Virus record (IMG/VR): IMGVR_UViG_3300020042_012633
Span: 1 to 64,000 of that record
DNA: 64,000 bases
Strand: one strand, 5' to 3'
Source: a virus
Taxonomy: Duplodnaviria > Caudoviricetes
Translations under genes and position numbers: made by a program
Part shown: piece by piece, positions 7,777-14,199 of the stretch
How the letters are laid out: every line of letters begins with the position of its first letter
Position numbering within the stretch: the stretch's first letter is position 1
The notes under the pieces: generated by a model
What the model was told of the DNA's origin: nothing
The model's input: the letters and a program-made list of their open reading frames with translations, nothing else
The model's database searches: none

Positions 7777-7911
7777 TGGCCAAGGACAGGAATCGAACCT
7801 GTTTGAAAGTGCCAGGTGTGTAATCACTACCCACGAACTTTGGTTTAGTATTATTTAGATTCGCTTCCAAATACGAGTTGGCTTTTTACATCTCCAATCT
7901 GCCACCTTGCC
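7777..7911 (-). ncRNA. tRNA-like element B with 85-nt central domain
   Basis: Acceptor GGCAAGG/CCTTGGC(C), D arm GCA-GATTGGAGA-TGT, T arm identical to element A; structured insert. Confidence 0.75.
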
Positions 7912-8006
7912 ATTTACCGCATGTGCGGTCACTTATCAATCGGTAGCTCCCTCTCGATATCCATCTGTGGGTGTAACACATTTGGTAGAGGGTCGAACTT
8001 TAAAAG

Positions 8007-8076
8007 AGAGCCTGGACAGAATCGAACTGTCTATATGGCGTTTGCAATGCCACCGGTCGCCATTCCCATCAAGCTC
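8007..8076 (-). tRNA. tRNA-Cys (GCA)
   Basis: Acceptor GAGCTTG/CAGGCTC, loop TT-GCA-AA, T arm GACAG-TTCGATT-CTGTC, U73 discriminator. Confidence 0.85.
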
Positions 8077-8093
8077 ATAATCTTTCTTATACT

Positions 8094-8124
8094 TAAATAT
8101 AAGGACTTATTTTCTAATATGCAA
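8094..8124 (-). promoter_or_regulatory. Promoter driving the tRNA/ncRNA island
   Basis: TTG-N20-TATATTTA, about 18 nt upstream of tRNA-Cys. Confidence 0.8.
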
Positions 8125-8135
8125 CTAAAATGTAT

Positions 8136-8167
8136 AAAAAAACCCGAATCTTTTTTTGATCCGGGTC
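8136..8167 (-). terminator. Intrinsic terminator
   Basis: CCCGGATC-A7-GATTCGGG followed by a T run, downstream of 8199..8573. Confidence 0.85.
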
Positions 8168-8198
8168 TAATAGGTTGTAGTTAGAATTCCGTATCTAG

Positions 8199-8573
8199 TT
8201 ATCTTCTTATTGTTTTTTTGATGTACTCTATTAGATCATACATAGCATATCCTACCATTCCTGGTTCAGTTGATGGACCGTTCTCCCATTCCTGGAATAT
8301 GCCTGCAATTGCTTTTATGTGTTTGTCAAGTTCAGGACCCATTGCCTCAACGTATCCCCCTGTATCAAACTCGTCATCTGCTTCTTCGTGATACTCGTTT
8401 ACCTTCTTCTTGTTCTTTTTGTATTCGATGTTATCAATCTCATCGTCAACCCATTCCTTTTCTTTCTTACCTAATTGGCTGTAGTTCATTTTAAATTCTT
8501 TCTGAGCTACGCTATCTTTACTTGATTCGTTTAACGATTCTTTTATAATTTTAACTAGGTCTGATTTTTTCAT
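8199..8573 (-). CDS. Hypothetical protein with MKKSDLVKIIKESLNE leader (candidate head-packaged protein)
   Basis: 124 aa; own TATTTAT motif at 8590-8596 and own terminator. Confidence 0.8.
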   Translation of the reverse strand: MKKSDLVKIIKESLNESSKDSVAQKEFKMNYSQLGKKEKEWVDDEIDNIEYKKNKKKVNEYHEEADDEFDTGGYVEAMGPELDKHIKAIAGIFQEWENGPSTEPGMVGYAMYDLIEYIKKTIRR

Positions 8574-8635
8574 TGTTATATATTTTAATATAAATATGTA
8601 ATGTTTTTAAAAAGAATTACCGTTCTTTTATTAAT

Positions 8636-8917
8636 TTATCCTTTTAATACTTGTTTGTTATTTGTAATCTTTGCCTCCAATTTATCTAGTCTGGAATCTA
8701 TTGCTGAGTAGATATTGTTTGTAATTTGATCTACTCTGTCGATCTCTTGATCAATCCTACGATTGAGCATTTCATTATTTTGGCTTGCTTCTAATTCTAA
8801 AACTGATACAGCCTCTGCCAATTCCTTTACTTGTTTTACTAACCTAACCACTGCCATAATTCCTAATATAATAAGAACTGCACCTGCACCTAGACCAAAT
8901 GTTACTAGTGTTTCCAT
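8636..8917 (-). CDS. Membrane-anchored coiled-coil protein (start revised to METLVTFG)
   Basis: N-terminal TM helix then heptad-rich region; enclosed by a 13-bp perfect inverted repeat. Confidence 0.8.
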   Translation of the reverse strand: METLVTFGLGAGAVLIILGIMAVVRLVKQVKELAEAVSVLELEASQNNEMLNRRIDQEIDRVDQITNNIYSAIDSRLDKLEAKITNNKQVLKG

Positions 8918-8959
8918 AATTTTTGTTTTTAAATTCAAAGAACGGTAATCTTTAATTTG

Positions 8960-9084
8960 TAGTTAGGACGGGACTCGAACCCGCACCGCATCCGCACTCC
9001 TGCGTTGATCAATTTTTTTATTAACGTGAGGATCGCTTAACCTCAGTGCAGTTTTTTTGTGTCTACCAATTCCACCACCTAACT
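8960..9084 (-). ncRNA. tRNA-like element C with 74-nt central domain (Leu-type D arm)
   Basis: Acceptor AGTTAGG/CCTAACT, D arm GTGGAATTGGTAGACAC, T arm GCGGG-TTCGAGT-CCCGT. Confidence 0.8.
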
Positions 9085-9235
9085 TCCTTACCAATCTGGG
9101 TCTTTCTTGTAGCCTTCCGAGTTATCAGTTACGGGGCTTGTACAAGAGCAGGGTTTCTGGTTTGCTGTCGTAATATAAACCCTTTTTCTTTTTGTGTTCA
9201 GCCTAACAGCATGCATTGGTAATTAAAACATGTAC

Positions 9236-9397
9236 TTATTTTACAGTTGTAGTGTCTACTGCTGTGGTATCTACACTTACTGAATCAACTTGTACTGAGG
9301 TTGAGTCTACTGTTGTTAGTCTTGCTGGTGCTTCAACTTTTTTACAACTTACTACTACTAAAGCCACTAAGGCTAATGCTAAAAATACTTTTTTCAT
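9236..9397 (-). CDS. Small Bacteroidota-type lipoprotein (53 aa)
   Basis: Not in ORF track; MKKVFLALALVALVVVS-CKK..; lipobox; follows promoter 9424-9454. Confidence 0.8.
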   Translation of the reverse strand: MKKVFLALALVALVVVSCKKVEAPARLTTVDSTSVQVDSVSVDTTAVDTTTVK

Positions 9398-9423
9398 TTT
9401 TGTTTTTATTTATTTATTATACT

Positions 9424-9454
9424 TTAATATACGAAATACTTTTTAAGTATCCAA
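9424..9454 (-). promoter_or_regulatory. Bacteroidota sigma70-type promoter
   Basis: TTG-N20-TATATTAA. Confidence 0.75.
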
Positions 9455-9462
9455 ACTTTTTG

Positions 9463-9669
9463 TTAGAAACTTACTGTAGAAAGAACTTTAATAACAGTTG
9501 TTTCTGGATCAAAATCATTTCCTAATTGTTTTGCAACTAGTAAATCAATTGATGTTCCATTTTTTTGCTCAATCCATAATTCTTTTAAGAATTTAGTTGA
9601 ATTGATCTCATTTGTATCTACATCTCTTGTGATTGTGAATACTGCTACGTTTACTTGTTTTGGTGTCAT
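9463..9669 (-). CDS. Hypothetical protein
   Basis: 68 aa, packed operon. Confidence 0.7.
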   Translation of the reverse strand: MTPKQVNVAVFTITRDVDTNEINSTKFLKELWIEQKNGTSIDLLVAKQLGNDFDPETTVIKVLSTVSF

Positions 9670-9674
9670 TTTTT

Positions 9675-9860
9675 TTACTGGTGTTGGTGTTGATGAGTAT
9701 TAATTGTTGAATTTCCTTGTAGGGTTAATCCTGAACCATCTGTAATGGTTGTGATAGGTGTTCCTGAATATATGGTGCCTGGGGTACCTGAGTATGCACC
9801 TGATGTTGTTCCTCTTCCATCTGAGAATAATCCTGATAGGTTTGTTGTTGTTTCGTTCAT
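9675..9860 (-). CDS. Hypothetical Thr/Gly-rich protein
   Basis: 61 aa. Confidence 0.55.
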   Translation of the reverse strand: MNETTTNLSGLFSDGRGTTSGAYSGTPGTIYSGTPITTITDGSGLTLQGNSTINTHQHQHQ

Positions 9861-9864
9861 ACTA

Positions 9865-10254
9865 TTATAATCTATAATTTTGAATATCTGAAATTGAAAT
9901 AATTATCTCAGAAGAATCTTCTCCGTCTAAGTTTTGTTTGCCATCGAAAAACTCTTTTAGGAATTGCTGTCTGTACAATAAAACATCTCCCGTATAAGTT
10001 CTTGTACTTATTGCTTTCTTTGCAACCTTCTCGTTGCACGTTACAGCTGCTTGTGCAACTTCTTTTCCTAACCGTGCCCCAGCTGCGTATCCTAAATAAT
10101 CAAATAAAGATACTGTTGGTTCTTGTTTTATTTCCATTTCATAAACTTTAATTGGGTTCTCATCGATGCTATCAATTAATTGAAGTACATCTGATTTTAA
10201 AAAAACAGAACTTGGTGACTTTGCCACTTTCTCTAATACTAATTTCTTTTCCAT
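9865..10254 (-). CDS. Hypothetical protein
   Basis: 129 aa; downstream of promoter 10273-10303. Confidence 0.75.
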   Translation of the reverse strand: MEKKLVLEKVAKSPSSVFLKSDVLQLIDSIDENPIKVYEMEIKQEPTVSLFDYLGYAAGARLGKEVAQAAVTCNEKVAKKAISTRTYTGDVLLYRQQFLKEFFDGKQNLDGEDSSEIIISISDIQNYRL

Positions 10255-10382
10255 AATGATTTTATTTTACATTTAATATAGGAAAAATATCCTGCAATGG
10301 CAACTAAAAGTGCTGGTAAAGTTATCATGCTTGGATGATTTTCTCCACACGTTCCACAAATGTGATTTATAACTTCTCCCAT
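10239..10382 (-). CDS. Small membrane peptide with HxCGxCGExHP motif (47 aa)
   Basis: Manual translation MGEVINHICGTCGENHPSMITLPALLVAIAGYFSYIKCKIKSLWKRN; ATG 2 nt after upstream stop. Confidence 0.55.
   Translation of the reverse strand: MGEVINHICGTCGENHPSMITLPALLVAIAGYFSYIKCKIKSLWKRN
10273..10303 (-). promoter_or_regulatory. Promoter embedded in the upstream small CDS
   Basis: TTG-N20-TATATTAA. Confidence 0.7.
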
Positions 10383-10384
10383 GT

Positions 10385-10693
10385 TTAGTCGACTGTGGTC
10401 ATTGTGTTCATCTTATTCTGAATATCATTCCAAGTACTTATGTATTCTTGAATTGTTTTAAAGTGTTTGTTACCTGACATAGGCAATAACTCTCTTGCTA
10501 CAACTTTAAGTGCATGGTTGAATGTAGATGGATAGCATATTGTTTTAAAATAAGCTCTGTCTTTTTCTCCTCTAGTAACTCTTTCGTAAACTGTGTATCC
10601 TCCTGAGGTTGCTTTTACGATGAAGAATGGTTCCATGATTGGATCCTCAATAAGTGTATCCCCTTCTGGGATGGTGTTTGGATTTCGTAACAT
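10385..10693 (-). CDS. Hypothetical protein
   Basis: 102 aa. Confidence 0.75.
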   Translation of the reverse strand: MLRNPNTIPEGDTLIEDPIMEPFFIVKATSGGYTVYERVTRGEKDRAYFKTICYPSTFNHALKVVARELLPMSGNKHFKTIQEYISTWNDIQNKMNTMTTVD

Positions 10694-10706
10694 TTGTTTT
10701 TTGTTT

Positions 10707-10970
10707 TTAGTTTAAAATAAAATCTGTTAATTCCTGTTGACCCATTCTTCCAGATTGTGACTTAACTCTTTGTCCGTCTTCTACAATAACTGTACAAGGA
10801 ATACCTCTTACTCCGTATTGTCCTGTTAGGTTGTCTGTGTCTTGGTCAATGTTTACTTCTACAAATTCAATACCCTCTTGTAGTTGCTCCTTTACTTTTT
10901 CAAAGGTAGGTGCATATTGATTACATGGTCCACACCAAGGTGCCCAGAACTTAATTACTTGCTTTGCCAT
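10707..10970 (-). CDS. trxA: Thioredoxin
   Basis: WAPWCGPC active site, GIPC cis-Pro motif, 87 aa. Confidence 0.93.
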   Translation of the reverse strand: MAKQVIKFWAPWCGPCNQYAPTFEKVKEQLQEGIEFVEVNIDQDTDNLTGQYGVRGIPCTVIVEDGQRVKSQSGRMGQQELTDFILN

Positions 10971-11113
10971 TATGCTCCTTTTGCTTTATAGTAATCTGCT
11001 TTTGAGAACTTTCCCGATGGTTGTTCTTTTAATTCTACGGATGGTTGCTTCTTTAAGGTAACAAGCCACTCCATTAACGACTGATAATTCTTCTTTGGTG
11101 AATTCTTTGACAT
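10970..11113 (-). CDS. Small basic hypothetical protein (47 aa)
   Basis: MSKNSPKKNYQSLMEWLVTLKK...; stop overlaps the trxA ATG; follows promoter 11136-11166. Confidence 0.6.
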   Translation of the reverse strand: MSKNSPKKNYQSLMEWLVTLKKQPSVELKEQPSGKFSKADYYKAKGA

Positions 11114-11131
11114 AAATTTAATTTTTGTTTA

Positions 11132-11335
11132 TTATTTAATATAAGGAATTTCTTTTAGATATCCAAGCATTATCTGATTATTTATTCGATTTTCCATTGT
11201 AGTGTAGTCGTGTATCTCTGTAAGATAGTTGAACTGCTCCATTTGAAAGTCCTTGGAATCATTTAGACAAGTCTCTTCCCACTTATCTGTGAGGTGATAT
11301 ATCTTGTTTTTAAATTTGAAAGAGTGCTTATCCAT
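11132..11335 (-). CDS. Hypothetical protein
   Basis: 67 aa; follows promoter 11339-11369. Confidence 0.7.
   Translation of the reverse strand: MDKHSFKFKNKIYHLTDKWEETCLNDSKDFQMEQFNYLTEIHDYTTMENRINNQIMLGYLKEIPYIK
11136..11166 (-). promoter_or_regulatory. Promoter inside the 3' end of 11132..11335
   Basis: TTG-N20-TATATTAA. Confidence 0.65.
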
Positions 11336-11338
11336 ACT

Positions 11339-11369
11339 TAAATATAAGGAAAAGTATTGATATATGCAA
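11339..11369 (-). promoter_or_regulatory. Bacteroidota sigma70-type promoter
   Basis: TTG-N20-TATATTTA. Confidence 0.75.
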
Positions 11370-11374
11370 CTTTT

Positions 11375-12745
11375 TTACAGTTGAAGTTTAGATCCTATTG
11401 TAATTCCGAAGGTTGTTTTAGATTCTGGATTAGTATTTGCTACTACGTTGCCTCCTAGATTGGCTTTGAATCTTTTTGTTAATGGAAAATCAAAATTAGA
11501 CCCTACAATATAAGTAAAGTACTTTGTAATGGTAAATGTATTTGGAATTGCTGTGTAACTTATTGGAGAGAGTGAAGCTGCTACCATTGGAGAAATAACT
11601 ATTCTTTTTACTGGGAATGGTTTAGTCATAAAGAATGTTGCTGAGGGTGATAGCATTACGTCTCTTCCTATAAAAATTGCTGTGAATCCAAATGCATATC
11701 CAGCTACTAATCCTTTTTTTAATAAAAATACATCATTTGCTCCTAAGGAAACAACCTCAGTTCCAAACATAGACATTACTGTTATACTTTGTCCTGATAT
11801 TTTATAAATTGATCCCTTTACGTAGTATCCTCCTATTTCCTCTCCTTGTATTTTTATTGGTATTCTTTTATCATGATTGAATAAAATTGTAGTTTTAGAA
11901 GCTGATAGTGAGAATTGTTTTAAGTTTGACCATATCATTGAGTTAGCACTATAGGAAGTTTCTCCTGTGAGGGAGCTTTGGGACATTCCAAAAGAAGCTA
12001 CTTGTGAGAAAGTGCCATCTGCATTTTGATTGTTCATCATATTTGCAGCAATCATTACAGGATTGGTTGATTGTTGTTTTTTCTTACTCTCTTCTTTTTT
12101 CTTTTCCTGTTTCTTTTCTTCTTTTTTTTCTTCCTTCTTCTCCTCTTTCTTTTCCTCTTTTGTTTCTTCTTTCTTTTCTTCTTTCGATTCGGATTTGGTT
12201 TCAGACTTTGATTCAGATTTGGTTTCGCTTGTGCTCTCTGTTTTACTTTCAGTTGGAGCAGGAGCTGCTTCACTTGTAGTTGAACTTGGAGCAGGTGCTT
12301 CTACCGTTGGAGCCTCTACTGTTGGTGCTTCTACTGTTGGTACGGGTGTACTAGTAGCAGCGGAGGCAGCTGCAGAAGCTGCTGCACTTGCACTTGCTGC
12401 TGCTGCTTGAGTTGCTGCTTGAGTAACAGACTCGGTAATTGTTTTTGTAATTATTGCTTTGGTTTCTTCTAGAATGACTTCTGCTGGTGGAGTTGTTGGA
12501 CATGGATTTAGTGAAGTATACCATTGGTAGGTTACTTCTAGCCAAGCCTGCAATGCACCTGCTTGTGCTTGCTCTGCTGTCATTATAGTATACTTACTGT
12601 AGTATGTAACTACAGTTTGTCCTTGAGAAGCTATAGTAAATACAAGTACCTCACCTGTACACCTATCTGTGTAGGTTTGAATTACATTTTGACCATAGGT
12701 GCAAAATCCTACAAGTAGGAGTAGTATATGAAGTACTTTTTTCAA
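11375..12745 (-). CDS. Exported protein: N-terminal domain, Ala/Thr/Ser and EEKK linker, putative C-terminal outer-membrane beta-barrel
   Basis: Signal peptide ending YG-Q; low-complexity linker; alternating amphipathic strands in the last ~225 aa. Confidence 0.6.
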   Translation of the reverse strand: MKKVLHILLLLVGFCTYGQNVIQTYTDRCTGEVLVFTIASQGQTVVTYYSKYTIMTAEQAQAGALQAWLEVTYQWYTSLNPCPTTPPAEVILEETKAIITKTITESVTQAATQAAAASASAAASAAASAATSTPVPTVEAPTVEAPTVEAPAPSSTTSEAAPAPTESKTESTSETKSESKSETKSESKEEKKEETKEEKKEEKKEEKKEEKKQEKKKEESKKKQQSTNPVMIAANMMNNQNADGTFSQVASFGMSQSSLTGETSYSANSMIWSNLKQFSLSASKTTILFNHDKRIPIKIQGEEIGGYYVKGSIYKISGQSITVMSMFGTEVVSLGANDVFLLKKGLVAGYAFGFTAIFIGRDVMLSPSATFFMTKPFPVKRIVISPMVAASLSPISYTAIPNTFTITKYFTYIVGSNFDFPLTKRFKANLGGNVVANTNPESKTTFGITIGSKLQL

Positions 12746-12747
12746 GT

Positions 12748-13467
12748 CTAGTTAGTAAAAACTTGTTTTTGAATCATTCTCTTAACAACTTTAGCTGTAG
12801 CTGATTCTAGTGCTTTCTTAGTTGCAGTACCAATACTTGATTGATTAAATTTTACTTCTTCTAAGTTTTCATTATTTAATAAAGTAACCTCTCTTGTTGT
12901 AATTGATTTTCCTAATCCTGAACCTGTCATGTATGTTCCAGATTGTGAGTCTACCATCTTAACTTGAAGTCCCAGTCTTGTTACCAAGCTATTTTTTACT
13001 CCATCTTTTAGATTAATTGTTTCATCTTCTGAGATTGAAAAATCATATACCTCTATGTAGCAGAAGTATTTTGCTAGTACAATATTTCCTTTTAGTTCAA
13101 TTTTCTCTGTAGATAATCCTTTCTGAGATGCTTTGTATTGATTAACCATTCTATCTTTGATAGCATCTTTTGTTTCTACGAATTCGAATCTGAATGTTTC
13201 TTCTAGAAAAGCTATTACGATATTGGTAAGTCCAAGACCTACTCTATAATCTCCAAGTTCTGGATATTGATCTATTACCTCTTTACTAACTCCTATTTCA
13301 AGTAGGGCAACAGGAATGGGCTTGCCATTATATTCAGGAATGGAATATATTGATTCCTTACCTTCAAATCCTGCTTGATAGTCCTCTGTTGTTGTTTTGC
13401 CTATTACTTGTCCAAAAGTAAAATGGCCTATAAGAATACAGGCCATTAATATTAATTTCTTTACCAT
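12748..13467 (-). CDS. CsgG-like (curli secretion channel family) exported protein
   Basis: Signal peptide; VALLEIG..LGLTNIVIAFLEETFRFEFVE..YFCYIEVYDF..LGLQVKMVDSQSG..GSGLG resembles the CsgG/TolB-N-like fold. Confidence 0.65.
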   Translation of the reverse strand: MVKKLILMACILIGHFTFGQVIGKTTTEDYQAGFEGKESIYSIPEYNGKPIPVALLEIGVSKEVIDQYPELGDYRVGLGLTNIVIAFLEETFRFEFVETKDAIKDRMVNQYKASQKGLSTEKIELKGNIVLAKYFCYIEVYDFSISEDETINLKDGVKNSLVTRLGLQVKMVDSQSGTYMTGSGLGKSITTREVTLLNNENLEEVKFNQSSIGTATKKALESATAKVVKRMIQKQVFTN

Positions 13468-13486
13468 AAGTGTATCCTTATTTATA

Positions 13487-13807
13487 TTACCAATCTAATC
13501 CGTCTTCTTTTCTTTTCTCTGTTTCAGTTTTCTTAGGCTTAGCTACTACAGCTGGTGCTGCTTGTGAAGGAGATGCTTTCTCCTTAATGATAATAGTTTT
13601 ACCTGCTGCTTGTTGAGATTGTTGGTTTGTGTTTGTAATGTTGATTACAGGTGCTGCTGCAGGAGCTGCTACTTCTGTTTTGTCCTCTCCATTGTCTCCA
13701 GTTAATTTATTTGTAACGTACCCTCCTACTCCTAGAGTGATAGTACTTATTAATCCAATTAAGATACTTTTAATTGAACCTCCTCCTGCTTCTGCTTCTT
13801 CTGCCAT
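13487..13807 (-). CDS. Membrane-anchored low-complexity protein
   Basis: TM segment near the N-terminus, AAPVINITN linker, basic tail ending DW. Confidence 0.7.
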   Translation of the reverse strand: MAEEAEAGGGSIKSILIGLISTITLGVGGYVTNKLTGDNGEDKTEVAAPAAAPVINITNTNQQSQQAAGKTIIIKEKASPSQAAPAVVAKPKKTETEKRKEDGLDW

Positions 13808-13814
13808 TTTGTTT

Positions 13815-14198
13815 TTATTTAGTTGTTGTGTCGGACATTGAGAACGATTCTCTTCCTATTATTTTATTATCTTCAGTTTGTAATTCAACAGTATAAGAGC
13901 TAACTGGTAAAGCTGATACATAGATGCTTAGGATGTTATCACCTTCTTTTCCTATTACTTTTTCTTGACTTACTAAGTCTCCAGTAAAGTCATAAATTTT
14001 AATTTTATAAGTACCTGCTGTTGCTAATTTACTATTAATTTTTACTTGTTTGTCTACTATGTAACTCTCTAATTTAAGTCCCTGAGTTTCTGTTATTACT
14101 AAGGAGTTGTCTATTTGTTGTGTTGGAAGATTCTCTAGTGCTGGATCTTGAGAGCATGCTACCAAGGTTAGTGCTATTAGTGCTAATATTTTTTTCAT
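13815..14198 (-). CDS. Lipoprotein with T9SS C-terminal-domain-like Ig fold
   Basis: Lipobox LVA-C; YKIKIYDFTGDLV..ILSIYVSALPVSSYTVEL pattern resembles type A Por sorting domains. Confidence 0.6.
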   Translation of the reverse strand: MKKILALIALTLVACSQDPALENLPTQQIDNSLVITETQGLKLESYIVDKQVKINSKLATAGTYKIKIYDFTGDLVSQEKVIGKEGDNILSIYVSALPVSSYTVELQTEDNKIIGRESFSMSDTTTK

Positions 14199-14199
14199 G

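Noticed and set aside
7917-8000. GTTCGAC..CTCTACCA segment between tRNA-Cys and element B as another tRNA
   Set aside because: No matching acceptor stem, D arm or anticodon arm could be built; left as unexplained spacer.
7817-9040. Group I or II introns in elements B and C
   Set aside because: Inserts of 43-55 nt are far too short and lack P/Q/R/S or domain V signatures.
7604-9146. CTGATC/CTGATA motifs (7626, 7741, 9122) as hammerhead ribozyme cores
   Set aside because: None has the required CUGANGA plus GAAA core in a three-stem arrangement.
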